A DNA stretch of 64,000 nucleotides from Takakia lepidozioides (taxonomy: Eukaryota > Plantae > Bryophyta). The position numbers and the translations under genes are program-made. Positions 23,177 through 36,980 of the stretch are shown piece by piece. Where the stretch lies: contig CM060734.1 of assembly GCA_030704615.1 (NCBI GenBank), positions 53,258,001 to 53,322,000 of the forward strand, given 5' to 3'. Positions within the stretch are counted from its first letter, which is position 1, and the number at the start of each line of letters is the position of its first letter. The notes beneath the pieces were generated by a model that saw nothing but the letters and a program-made list of their open reading frames with translations, did not search any database and was not told the DNA's origin.

Positions 23177-26100
23177 TGTTTGATACACACCCCTACCCTG
23201 CTGTCCCACCAGTTCGCTTCCCAATTAGAAGGAGAGTTCACAGACATAGAGCTGGGTGAAGCATTATCCAAACTTCAGAACAACAAATCTCCAGGCATAG
23301 ACGGTTTATCGGTGGAATTTTACAAAGCATTGTGGCCGGAAATCTCCAGGGTTTCACTGCAATGGCAAACCATGTGTTTCAACGGGGACATATGCCCACA
23401 ATTATGACACAATGAGTTATAACCTTACTCTATAAAAAGGGTGATAGAACAAACATATCGAATTATCGGCCCATAACCCTCCTCAATGTAGCTTACAAGA
23501 TAGTGGCGAAGGCACTGGCCCTTAGATTGCAACCTATACTTCCAACTATAATTAGGCCAAATCAAACAGGGTTTATCAAGGGTAGATACATATTGGATAA
23601 CCTCCTTCTAGCCCAGGAAATTCCAGACTACGCTGCTAGAACAAACCAAGCTATTGCCCTCCTCCTTTTAGACTTTGAGAAGGCTTTCGATCGTGTTGAA
23701 TGGTCATACTTGCTGGCAACCCTGGCCAAATTGGGTTTTCCCCAATCCTTTTGCAAATGGGTCACGATATTACTCACCGATGCATCTAGCAGAGTCTCAA
23801 TCAATGGCCATTTATCAGCTTCATTCCCTGTGCAGCGCTCAGTGAGGCAAGGGTGTCCCCTCTCACCTTTCCTGTTTCTGGTGGTAGCAGATACACTCGG
23901 CTATATGCTACAGCAAAATCAGTTTATAAAGGGCCTCAGGGTCACTAACTACATCACCAGGCAGTACAATTTCTTGGTGGACTTGATGTTCGTTGATGAT
24001 ACCTTTTTAATGTTGCAAGCCACCCCGGAAAACTTGGATCAGGCAAGGTTTACCTTGAACAAGTGTTGTGCAACATCTGGATTCAAAGTAAATTGGAATA
24101 AGACTTCAGGTTTACTGGTAGGTGACCTTTCAAAATCCACAATGGGATCCCCGCCCTCATGGGGAATGGATCAAGGGCTAAGGTGGCTCAAACCTGGGGA
24201 GACCACCACACTACTGGGTTACACATATGGAATTGGACTGACAGACCAACAGATTTTTGCTGCCACGATGGCCAACTTGAAGAGGAAACTGACTTATTGG
24301 GGTTTAAAACATCTCTCAATTACAGGAAGAGCCCTTGTTGCTAATCAGATTCATTCAGCTGGATTATGGTATTATGCTTCTTCCTGGCGCCCAAGCTCTA
24401 AACAGATTTAGGAAATCAAGCGCCTGCTTAGGAACTTTGTCTGGGGAGCCGAGACCTCATCCCAAAACAAACAACCGCTCGTAGCCTGGGCCCAAATCTG
24501 TTTACCCAAAAAAAAAGGGGGGTTAGGGATACTCGATCCACAAACACAGATTGTAGCTCTTCTTGGCAAATGGATACCCAAGTTTCTAGGGCCGGAGGGG
24601 GGATGGTGGAAATTCTTGGTCTATGACCACATTACAAAATCCTCCCCTCTCAAGACTACCCAATGGAGCCCTTCCCTACGTTGGCTCACTCAAGGATTTA
24701 ATCTTAAGACAGTGGGATCTGCTCTATGGTCTAATATCTGGTCAGCTTGGGGGCGGCTAAGGAAACTACTTGTAAAAGCCCAATCAAGTACCTTCTATGA
24801 AGTTAAGAGACAACACTTGTTTCTAAACGACACTCCTCTCACCCCTTCTCAAAAAAACCAGGCAAAAAAGTGGTCCAAATGGGACTGCCTTGGCATCAGA
24901 CAAATAAATAACATATGGTCAGGGATCGGTTTCATATCTCTACAATCTATGGCTCAGGCTGTAGGCCTCGCAAGGGCCACAAAAAGCCACCAACAACTTG
25001 TTCAATATGGACCAGTGCAGTGGTTGGCCACCCTTTCCGCAGGCCCTCCGGAACCAGTCCCAAAATCCTGGGCACTCATCATACTTCACAACCAGCTTAC
25101 CATTGTTTTTGTAGATGACATATCCATAAATGACAGCTGTTTTCACATTCGCCATCAACACCACCTACCTAAGACTCACACTTACCTCTACAGAACCTTT
25201 GACAATCCAAACTATGCCTCTCACCCCAATCCGTGTCTGCTGCTGGACAGCCACGGATAAGGGAATGAATCCCCAGCCACCCCTCACTATCACCACTAGA
25301 GCTTGGCTAGCAACCAACTCCTTTGTATGGATTTTGGGTAGGCCGCTAGCAGAATTGGATATTGATCCCTCCGAATGGATATGGAAATTCAACACCACCC
25401 CAGAACCCTTCTTTGCATACACAACAAAAAAGGGCTACAAAGCCCTGTCAGTCACCCAACCCATATACAAGAAATGGGAATCAAAATGGGGGCTCTACAA
25501 CTTCCGCGATGAGAACTGGAAAATCATTTGGGGTTCATGTGGATCAAAACCCGGCCATCAAAGATAGCAGCTTTCCTTTGGCAGGTTGTTAATAGAGTTT
25601 TGAAAGTCGGGGAATGCCTTCAGTTCCAAGGAGCCCTCTTGTGTGCTTGTTGTTCCATTGCAGTGTTGGAATCCATCGAACATTGCCTTCTCTCATGTCA
25701 AGCACCAGCCAAAATCTGGCCATATATTAAGTCATTGTATAGTTACTGGGATAGAAGACATCTCACGGATACAGACCTCCTTCTTAACCATGACCCAACT
25801 TCCAAGAATATAACCCTAAATTGCCCAGTGTTTGAAACCCTCAGAGCCTCTACGATGTGGCACTTATGGAAACTACGTTGTAAGAACACTTCCAAGGCCA
25901 CACAACAACAACATCCTCTCTCCTTGCCACTGTTTTTTGGGACTTACAAACTGAGGCTAGGAAAGCATGGGGCAAACTCTGTGCAGACATTGAACGTGAC
26001 ACCACGAATGCAGCTGTGCTCCACAGGAAGTTTCAACACACCTGGGGCAGACATGGCCTCATATGCAGCAGCCCTGTGCAAGACCAATGCAGCTGGAACG

Positions 26101-26605
26101 AGCTCCCCCCTCAAGCCTGGCGAGATCTTCGTGCACCACTACACTCTTTCCCCGGAGTTTGAACGGGACATTAACTGGAAACATCAAAAGCCTTCATCTA
26201 CTGCTTCTAAGCTGCACTATAGATAGATCTCTCTCTCAACCCCCCCATATTCAAAGATCTTACTATCTCCCGACATCGCTCTCCCTGCGTCATCGTAGAC
26301 AGGGTAGGGTATACGTTGTTAAGATTTAGGTCTCGGGCAGAGAGCCCTGCTTTTTGGTCTCTTGGACTTTCCTCCAATCGGAGGTGTTTGGCTCCTGGAT
26401 CACGGATCTTTGTGTAAATGTCCATCAGTAGTGGCACGATATTTTGTTCTACAGACTTAATCTCCATCAGGAGATGATTGGCTCTTAATACTCTGAATAC
26501 GGTGTGTGTGCCTTATGGCGACAACGGGGTTTCATTTTTTTTCCCCTCAATAATTATCAATAAAGTAACCAGAGATTCATTTAAAAAAAATAAAAAAATA
26601 AAAAA
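23177..26605 (+). mobile_element. L1-clade LINE, sense 3' segment (RT, zinc finger, A-rich tail), defective
   Basis: KSPGIDG, LDFEKAFD, RQGCPLSP, MFVDD, then C..C...ESIEHCLLSC. A-rich tail at 26583-26605. Confidence 0.88.
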
Positions 26606-29319
26606 TCGCATAGGATTTTGAGCCTTTTCGAGCTATCCAATATAGCATACGAACAATTTGTGTTTGTAGTATGGTATGAGAATGCACATGCTCATGCAAA
26701 TGTTTTCTTGAAAGATTGTAATACAAACTTGATTTTTTTCAGTTGGCGTGTCTAGCTTTGTGAGTTTGTACTTTGTTAGCTTGGGCTTGTTGTTTTGTAG
26801 AGTTGATATCATTCTCAATTTGGTTGATCAATTTTGTGATAGGCAGGTAGGAGCGATTGGAGGGGGAGTTTTCCCTCGACGTGCCATGGTTGGGATGTGA
26901 TGGCTTCATTCGGTCATTTAGCTGTAGGCCTTTGTAGTTTTAATTGGTGACAACGCCATCCCATTCGGATGATCAGATGCTAAAGTGGGAGTGTTAGGAA
27001 GGCTTTCCTTAACATGAGATACTCTTGAACGATATCTGGTCCTTCTACTATTTTCAAATATAACATTATTTCATTAATGGTCTTAAAAGTTGTTGCTTAT
27101 TGAATGTCCAAACATGTCTCTCATAGATTATCTTAGACACAATTAGTACATTTGGCATTTGTTTTATTTTACCTATAATGCAACTATTATACACAAATGC
27201 AAGGTAAATATATACTTATTGTGTAGCTTACGTCGGGATGGCGTGTATTGTGGACACATGATATAATATAAATGAATTTCAGTTGAGCCTTATTTTCCGT
27301 ATTGATAAGAAGGTAACGTTTGCGTTTCGCTGACGAAACCCATTTTTTGGGTGGCTCTTGGGGATGTTCTATACACAATGTTTTAGCATATGTTGCAACA
27401 ATTGATATAGTGGGTTTTTGATGCCACATTGTTTACATTCCGTGACCTTTGAGTTTTGACAGATATATTTGTGGGTGTTTGTGCTAATGCGGGTTAAAGC
27501 TTTGGACGATTAGTTTCATAAGTTTTGTCTCTTGAGCCCAGTTTTCATTAGATTTTGCATAGTTTCGTAGTTTTTTCCACGTGCGCGCATTTTGGTTTCG
27601 CTATCGCATATTCTTCGAATATGCCTATGCAGTCACGTAAGCAGGCTCAGGCCAACGTGAATGTGCTCACACGCTACCTAACTTCGTTCCAAGTCTCATT
27701 GTCCAACATGGCCAAATCTGGAATGCAGAGATTTGTGTTTGAATAGAAAAAACTATTGATCAAGGAAAGACAAGGTCTTCAAGGTATGGCATCAATATAT
27801 GAACCAAGGTAGCTAGTTTGCTTTTTATTCGTACCGTTGAGATCTCCCAAACCGCGGGGCCAGCCTTGGTGCTTGGTACCATTGGAAAGCCCTCGATGAG
27901 GAGGGGTGCACCGACTTGGTCTCATAATTTCTGGATCTGCGGTGTGGGAAGTACTTTTGATCGCTGGAAATTCGTGAAAAATAGCAAATGGGCTTTCCTA
28001 GAACAATGAAGTGAGATCTCACAAACTGCAGGGTCTCCGGATAAGTAGGGGGTTGCACTTGGACTTAGATGACACCGGACACATGAGCCAACAGCGCAGG
28101 TTACCCTAGTGGTGGGTGGAATAGTAAAGAGCAAGTAGTGGGCTGGATCTGCCTACTAATACCATGTCCTTCATCTTTCTTTTCATCCTAATGCGGATAT
28201 TGCCTGGATATTGTCTTTGCCAACATCTGCTGGTAGGGTATTGTAGCTAGGTACCTAGGTATTGTAAATGCCAATACCAGGGGTTCCGGTTCTTAACCCT
28301 AGTATTACAAAAGTAGATACAAGCCAGGTATGTTCTTTAATACCCTAGTTGACACCCAGCCTGGCTCTATATACCAGTCCAACACTGGTCTAAACAGGGA
28401 CCTTTGGTCGGATGGACAGAGAGGCAAACACCATAGAGCTGCAAAATAATCCAACATAACTATAAACCATGTGCATAACAGTGCCCACATCCACACTTCA
28501 ACACTTCAATCGCGTTGGAAGCACTGGTGTCCTGGGAGACTGAAAGGAATCATCAGACGAGGCCAACTGTGTAAAATTGTGCTGCAAAAGCGTATCAGCT
28601 TGAACTTGCCAAGCAGTTACAATTTGTGCATGCAATCTGACGCAAACCACCCTTTACAATACACCAGGGAATGACGGGTCCAAAAAAACAGAACATATCT
28701 GCTGCTATGTCAATATCAAAAGAATGAAATATGGTACACAGCAAGTCTCTCGACCAAAGAGCCCCCCCTGCCTCAATTGCAGGTCTCCGTCAATTTGCTC
28801 CACTTTTCCAAAACTCGGGATCTTGAGCCAAACATTCCTGTAGAGAAGATGCACATTGCTGGTGCCGCCATGCAGAACTAAGCACTTGGGCTAGTTTGTG
28901 CTTTGATGCCAGCATGACATGCTATAAAGGCTGCAGATAGTCTGCTGTGAGCCACACCCCCATGCGATATAGCTCACCAAACACCAGCTGTTTGAAGACG
29001 CCAATGAAACTACTCCTTGAATGCAGTTTCAGTCAGCTGTTGCCTTGCCTTCTGTGTGCTGAACCCCTGTCGCATAGTGCATTTTAGAACCAGGTATTTG
29101 CCCTTGTCCAGCTGCAGTGGACCCACTAGTTGGCTGTACTCCATCATGTTGACAAGGTGGTGCATGTGAACCTCTCATACCAGGGCCTTGCCCAACAAGA
29201 TGACAGTTTTGCTGCTCTTTTTCCATTCAGAGTTTGAGAGCAGCAAGTTCTGATGTGCATCCTCATTGTTCAACTTGCCAGCACACGACACATGACAAAC
29301 CAAAGTTCACATTGATCTT

Positions 29320-32300
29320 TCAGCCATTGATGAAATTGTCCCAGAATTCATCTGGCTCCTGCCCTTCCTCCACCACCTACATCCATTCAAGCACAACTGT
29401 TTTAGAATACACAAGTACTTGAGTTATTCCTAACAACTTATTACCCTAAAATACAGACATCCTTGACACTGCCATATCACACATGCAAAGACAGCTGTCC
29501 AGAGTCCAGACCTCATGACAAGAGAACCTAAAGAAACCCCATTGGCTGGTAGCACAAACAGTGAACACACAAGAGATATGTGCACCAGGCTCATGGATAT
29601 CCAACAGCAGTACCCTCATACTAAATCCCCTTCATTACCAAAATAGCTGATTTGACCCAACATCAAATGTGCTAAAAATTCCTAGTTTTGGCCCTTGAAG
29701 CAAGGACCACCACAGATTGACAAATGAGGTTGTGAAGGTCTGGAATCTACTAAGATCAATCTAGAACCAGAATCTAAGCTCATCCTGACCAAGGGATTAT
29801 GTGACCATTTCTGAACATCAACTTTCCAATGGTTAGTAATGAAAGATGGGAAGACCAACTCATTGCTACTGCCTCAGACAGCTGTGCTTACCTTAACAGG
29901 CAGATCACCTCGTAGCTGCAGCTGTCCAATGAGGTCCGACCCTATCTGTTGCCAGTGCATGTCCCTGCGGCCCTTCTCCAGTTCACCATCCTCGATAGGT
30001 AATTGCCTTTCCCCCGCAGCTTTTAAAGAACTGCCCACCCACACATAAACAAGGCCTGCTGAGCCTGTGGGAGAATCTGGCACCAGCAGGACAAATGCTG
30101 CTCGTGAGTCCAGATCATCTGCATCAAACATATCAATCTTCTCCATCCGTGGCCACTCATAGAGCCGCGGGACAACTCCCTCATGACTCATGTCAGCCTT
30201 CAACAAGGTCCGTGTTGCATCTGTTACGCCCACAGCTTCTGCTTCCAAATTCTGAGGACATGGGGAATCCACCCATGTAACCCCCTTCTGCACTACCATA
30301 GGCTTAGAAGTAGCTTCAAACCACAGTGGTGGGCTGGCAGCATCAAGCAATGTGGTGGCATCTGATCCATCTATCAACTCCTCGCTCAATGTGTCAGCAG
30401 AATAGAAACTATGTCTCAAATTTTCATTCTGAAATGCAGCAGTGTCACATTCCTTCACATTCTCACCAGACATGAGAGGGAGCTTTGACTTCCTTGCAGT
30501 CTCCCTTGGAGTTGGAAGTGGTTCATTAACCATTGTTGGGAGACAAAGGGAGGGAGACACACTACCCCTGCGTTGTGCCAGAGAAAGAGTAGGTCCTCTG
30601 GATAGTGATTGAGCATGTGACTTGGTGTCCAGCTGACTGGGTAGATGGTCAAGGGATGGGAAGGAAGGATGGGCAGAGGCAGAGGCAGGAGATGGTGTCT
30701 GGGATGATCTTGGGGACCACACAACTGATGAGCTTGGAGAAGGTGTGTGTGACAATGAAGGCGAAGGAGAAGGGGGTGGAGACATACATGGAGATGTCAG
30801 AAAAGGAGGAGAAAGTGAGGAGGTGGAGGAGAAAGACCGAAATGAGAAAGGTGAAGCAGATGAGCATTGTGAAGGGTCTGGGGATGATGCAGAACTCGGT
30901 ACCACCGTTGTCGACGGCCAGACTTCTTCTGGTGATTGTCCTTCAGACTGTGCTGGACTGCAAGGAGACTTGGTTGCATCCAGTGCTTCTTTGCCTTGTA
31001 TTGGTTTAATGCCTGAGACTGAAAAAAACTTGCGCCGCAGTCGACTCCACCCACTATCCCTGGCTGGCACATGGGTCAGAGCTCCAGCCGATGGCACTGG
31101 AGGCACCACTCCACCGTCCTTGGCTCTTTGGAAGAGCTCAAAATCTGTATCATACGCTGACAGCTTTTTCAATCCTGGTCCACATCCCTGCCCACTCTCA
31201 AGCCCTGCATCAGCACCCCTTCCCACCTTAGGCTCCCCATTCTCCTTCTCAGCATCTGCATCCTGACGGGCAGGGACCTTGCAGCCCCCTGGCTTCTCTG
31301 AGGGCTGGCTCTTTTCCAAAGCTTCCCAAAACTGACAAGGTTCATCACCTTCTAGCACACGCACAATAGATCCTTGGGCCCTCTCATAGCGCACCACCTG
31401 GAATGCATATGCATGGGCTGCAGCAGCCATGCTCCCATCACATTTGTATCCCTGCCACACAAATAGGGCACTGGGCACATGCACCACAAAGGAACCTCGA
31501 GAATCCAGAGCTGCAGCACTTGGATGGTTTACGGTCTTGGGCACCAGATGCAAGGGATCGTACGGTGAATGGGGGGCCATCCGATACATGCGCAACACTG
31601 AGTTTGGACTAACAGGGGCCGCATGTACCCGCTTCTGGCACTGCAAGAGTTGACATGCAAATCCCATGTTGGGGTTTGTCACACCTCGTGCTGCCTTCAC
31701 ATCTTGAAAAGCATCTTCAAAGCTGCGAGCCTCCCGCCACATGAGGTAGGCAATCACCAGGGAGGTCGACCGGGACACACCTTGGCAGCAATGCACAAAC
31801 ACCCGACCACCCTGTTCTCTAACCTCCTCGAAGTAGTCAAAAACATCATAAAGGATGCTGGTAATATCCTCACTGGGGCTATCCTGCAGCCAGAGCGTCT
31901 TGTAACTCAGTTCCTGAGGAAAATATTCAGGACAGACAAATCCCACACAGTTCAGAACATGTGTAATCCCGTTTTCCCGTAAGGTTTCCCGATTTCTTGC
32001 CACAGCATCGCTACCCAGATATATATGTTCGGCCACCCGTGAGCACTCCTTGTCGAAATAGGCAAATTTGTCACGCTTAAGCTGCATTTCAGTTGGTTCA
32101 CATGTGTCGCGATTCCGTTGCACTGCACCTAGATCGAGCTTCATTCCAGGTCCATTTCTTATCCTGCTTATGTCTCTCTTCCCACCAGGGGTGGCTGGTG
32201 GTGTCCAACAAGCCCCTTCATCCATTCCGCCCTTGGACCACTCTTCCAGGCTTCTCCTAGTTATGGCCAGAGGCTGCAACGGGGGAAGAGAAGGTCGACC

Positions 32301-32714
32301 TTTGCTGCTTTGCTGCTGAGGCCGTGGCGTAAGGGGAAAGGCCAAGCCTTTCCGTTCAGTGGAATGGGCAGTTGACTGTGGCACGGGGCTTTGGGGTGCT
32401 GAATGCGACTGCCATGATGCAGATCTCCAGAACTTTTTGCGAACGTGGGGGAAGCGCCCCTCCCCACCACCCTCTGTCTCCTCACTTATATCGCCCCCAT
32501 CATCTTCTCTACTTTCATCAGCGTTCCCTAGTTCGCTCTGTCCCTCCACCCCTTCGCAGTCCGCGAGCCTCATGGAGGAAGTAAGGTCTCGATACAGCAA
32601 ACTTCTCTCAGCCGCTAGGGTCCGCCCATGCAGTAACGATCCTTCCGAGTTTCTCCGAACCGCAATCGCTACACGGGAATCCACTGCCGCACTATGATTC
32701 GTCCATGCTACCAT
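29320..32714 (-). CDS. MKP1: MAP kinase phosphatase 1-like dual-specificity phosphatase with gelsolin-like region; exons 32714-29892 and 29376-29320 (start ATG inferred)
   Basis: VHCCQGVSRS catalytic motif and AYFDKECSRVAEHIYLG. GT-AG intron 29891-29377; last exon VVEEGQEPDEFWDNFING*. Confidence 0.9.
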
Positions 32715-33166
32715 GGTCCTCTCTCCCAGATAGGCATACCCTGCATGCTTTCGATTTTCCAACTATCTCTACACACCCACTACACTCGCTCTTCAAACCC
32801 TTCAAACTGTCAATCTTCCCGAGCACATCATCCACAACAACAAGACTCACGACGCACCACCTCTGTCCCGAACAAAAAAAACCTTGCAAAGCATCCCGTA
32901 ACAGACTCCAACTGCCAACTACGATTTCATTCCACCTCGCTTCCAACTCCGCTCTACCTAATCCCCCCACATGATGGTACGAATAACCTGCTCCTCCACA
33001 CCCTAACCCCCTTCCCCTCCCGCGCTTCCACTCTCCCTGATTTCTCCAAAGAACTGCGGTCGGGATTGGCAACCGAGACGCTCCACATATGCCACCAACG
33101 AAGTTCAAGTGCGAATACCTCCGCTGCAACAGCAGCATACAAACACGAGGAATAAGAACCCCTCGC

Positions 33167-33195
33167 AAGAAGAAGAAGAAGAAGAAGAAGAAGAA
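33167..33195. repeat. (GAA)n microsatellite in the MKP1 5' region
   Basis: About 9 perfect gaa units. Confidence 0.9.
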
Positions 33196-34584
33196 ACAAT
33201 GGCGCTGGTCAACAGCGCCAGCGAAGAAGAAGAAACGAGAGAGATAAGAAGAGCAAGGCAGTCGGTTGTGCCCAACGACTCCGCCTCCCGTGCGTACCCC
33301 ACTCCCCCCCCCCCCAACGGATCATATTCCCGACCTTCCACTAATCTTTATCCCATAACTCCCGTAATCCCGCGAGCCTACTCCGACAGCTATCAGTTAA
33401 TTACTTGATGGTCCCTTTCGTATGCAACAAGACGTGATATTAGCGTTATTCGGCCGAGTAATTCAACCACGATTTGGTTTCATCCTTTTAATTAGGGGTG
33501 CCGACCGGAATACTCACCGGCCGGCCACCCACACGTAAAAAAGCAGTCAACTCACACGATAGTCAAATGGATGTCTCTATCCGCAATCTGGATCGAGACT
33601 CGCGACAGTCAAGGGAATTAATATTAATTAGGTGATATTACTATTTTCAGCAGAAGCGAATGAGGAATGGATGAACGTTGCTAAGATGGATGACGAAAAC
33701 TTCGACGACATCCTGGCATATTCAAATGTTTTCGGGGAGAGTAGCTTTTAGGTATATAAACATATAAACCGAGGTGACGGTCGGACCGTTGAAAATGACT
33801 AATAAATTGTTTTTCAAACCGATAAAAAGGGGAATATTAAAATTAATTTGAAATGGATTTTCTAAATAAGTAAATCCAAAGGGAAAGAAAATACGATTAG
33901 CGAATAGAGTGGAGCCGCGTGGCGAGCATGAGCTGCGTCGCAGGCAGGCAGGCTGGAAGGCGGGCTTGTGTGGAGGGGGGAGGATGCTGGGCTATGGCCA
34001 CCGTTTGTAATCGGAAACCGTCATTGCAAGAAGCAGGGAGGGGTGGTGCAGGGATGGGATATGGCAAGATTGAGTTTTGGAGGAGAGATTGTGAGATCGT
34101 TAGGGCGTTTCGAGAGATTTCAGTTTTCTTTGTGGCGCTGTACAGTGTAGACATGCTGGATTTCTTTATTGGTTTGTAGGATCCGGGGTTTTTTTTGCTG
34201 CAGATCGTTGCGTCTTCACACCTCATTGCTGATCGAAGGCTGTTTGAATCGGGAGCAGCTGCAGTGTCGATTGCATCTCCTGACTTGATGCAGTTTGCGG
34301 CCTCTTGCATTGCCCAAGCTGTTGCCTTGTGAGGCAATTGGATGTAGGAGCTGTTTTTTGGGATAAGTGCTGTCGCAAAGGTTTCTCTGTTGCAGTCTCA
34401 CCACCGAGTATGTGTGACCTGACTTGCGGGTGTATGTTGTTGTTGTAGACGTTGACAACTTCTTTCCACGCTCTCTTTATGCTGATCAGCCCGTTTCAGC
34501 ATTTTACTCCGATCATCGTCTTCTTTCTCTCGTTTGAGACATCTCAATAAAATTTATTTCTTTTCCGCAGAGAAGAGGCTGCAA

Positions 34585-36937
34585 ATGGCTAGCCAGTCGC
34601 AGGCTATGGCACGGCCACAGGCCAGTGCCAAGCCACAGGTGACGCAAGATTGGAGGCGATACGCAGCTGTCAAAGTATCCACAGAGTACGATAGCGAAGG
34701 TAGTGTGTTCGTCAATAAGATCTCAGCGCGGCTGTTAAATGGGCTGGCAAAGCTTACAGGATCAATTCAAAGAGAGCCATCTGGAGATTTTCGATATCCT
34801 CTATTAGGGCTGGTTACGAAGTACTTATCTGTATTGTATGACCACGAGGATCAAAATGCTCTTGTGACGTTCTCTGCCAATCTCACCCGCAATCTTCAAG
34901 TCAAATACTTGCGAGACGTCAAGGTACTATCGGATTTCCTCTTTCTTCTACGTCTCTATGTGTGTCTAGTCGTAGATCGGCGATTTCTCGTCCTCTCATG
35001 CCCTTCTGCCAAGTTTGCGGTAACTTCCCGCAGCAGCAGAGATCAGAGGTCCGCTATGAAAAATTGCAGAGCCAGTCTCTGAGAGATGCAATGTGTGGGG
35101 GTTGGCTGAAGGCGCTGCTTTGCTGCACAGGCCCAGCAAGGGGAAGCGAAACTTGTGGCAAATTCTTCCAACGATCGATACAAGGCGCAGCTTTCTTACG
35201 ATGTCCCTCCCTCAACTCTGGTAAGACCCTGCTGGAATTAATTTGCTGCTGTTTCTGTTCCTCCCTCTTCTCTCAAGGTGCAAGTATTTTTCCTGCTGAC
35301 TGCCATGGTATTTGGTCCTGTTTCCTTTGAGCTGCCACAGCTTCATACTCCTGCATGTGCTTTCATTTGGTCTCAGTACAAAACTCTGGACTATGTTTTG
35401 TGGCATTGGCTGGTGTTTTCTCTGTGTCTAGTGTCTTTGGAACATGCGGGACAATGTATATCTGTATCATGGTTTTACCTTGCAAAATGTGGCTCCTTTT
35501 CAATTGCGCCAATCCTTTGGGTGGTGTTATGCTATATAGATGTTGAGGGGTGCAAACTTCTGTTGGTGCAGCCAAAGGCAGTCTTCACATTTCCTCTTGG
35601 GGAAGTAAAGCTGGAGGAAGAAGTTAGGGAGGACGAGAGGGCTCTGACCGTCTGTGGCTTCGTTGGCGGATCAGTTCTGAATGGTCAAGTTGTTGCTAGC
35701 TACACGGATGAGAGTATTACCACCAAATATACGTACAAGGTAACTTCTGAAAATGTTTCACTGTCAATTGTTATGGAGTCCTAACAGTCATTTTTGTCAG
35801 CAGTCATTCGTGCAAGGGCGCATTCACACAAAAAACACACACTGTCTCTCTGTCCTTGATTATCTTTACTGTCTTCAAATAACCCGGTTGGCAACTCCAA
35901 TCCTTGTATGCAAACCCAAAGTCAAGAAGATTTCAAAGTGCTAGTTTCAAAACTAAAACGTTACATCTTCCCTTGTTGTGTCTTTATATCCGTGTTTGCA
36001 CCGATTGTGGGGCATCTATTTGCATTCTCATATTATCTTCACAAGGTATTTTGACAAATCAGTTTATCATGTCATGGTCGTTTGCTAAGTCTACCGAATC
36101 TCTGCGTAGTTATGTTTGCATGTATCAAGATTTGGGGGGCATGCTGAAAGGGTGAAGAGTTCATTATTGACATCAATGAGAGTGTTCTTGTGCTAGAAAA
36201 CTGCTGAAGCTTACCTGCAGTGTTTTCCCCAACTGTGATCCCAGGATGATGAAGTCACTGTGATACCTTCCATCTCATGGCCTTCAATGTCCCCAACTCT
36301 TGGGTTCAAGCGACAATTTGGACCTTATAACAAACTGAGGTGAGAATCTTCTCTTGAAAGTACTAGCAGGAAAACCTGCCAGACAGCTCACTGTACTGGT
36401 GATCAGTTTCTAATTATACGTGGGAGGGGGCCTGGAGAAAAGTGGCGTCCAGAGGGGACGGCTCCTTCTTGGAAAGTAGTCAAGGATATTTTGGGGGTGA
36501 ATAGACTAGAAGAATCTGAATCAGTGCACAGATGAAGTTGAGACATGGTAGGAAAGGCCATCTCTGCCTTGACTGTTGCAGTGGTGTGTTGATTGAATCG
36601 AATCAGTGCCACTGAAATTTTCACAAACTTTTGTATGCAAGAACGTTGGGTACATGCCTGCTGCTCTTAGTTTGGGAGTTTTGGCACGTGACTTACAGGA
36701 ATTCTGCTTTTGTATCCGAGAGAACACTTTTATAAAGGTGAATAATTTGTTTGATGGATCATCTTGGTTGCAATTACAAATCAGTAGCATGGTTTGCATT
36801 CAGCAGCTATTTCCACAATTTCGAGTCTGAATCTTGGAGTGCGGTCTACAAGCACAGACCAAGGGAGGATTTCAAGCTCAAGTTAGGATACGATTCTGAT
36901 GTTCAGCTCTACTGGGGCTCACTATGGGTACACTCTT

Positions 36938-36980
<43 letters not shown>

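Noticed and set aside
27815-28060. Segment containing gtaccattggaaagccctcgatgag, reminiscent of small non-autonomous DNA elements
   Set aside because: Single copy in the window; no TIR or TSD could be defined.
30095-33408. Multiple short ORFs overlapping MKP1 and its 5' region
   Set aside because: Antisense or alternative-frame ORFs in low-complexity Ser/Pro-rich or microsatellite sequence, with no recognisable domains.
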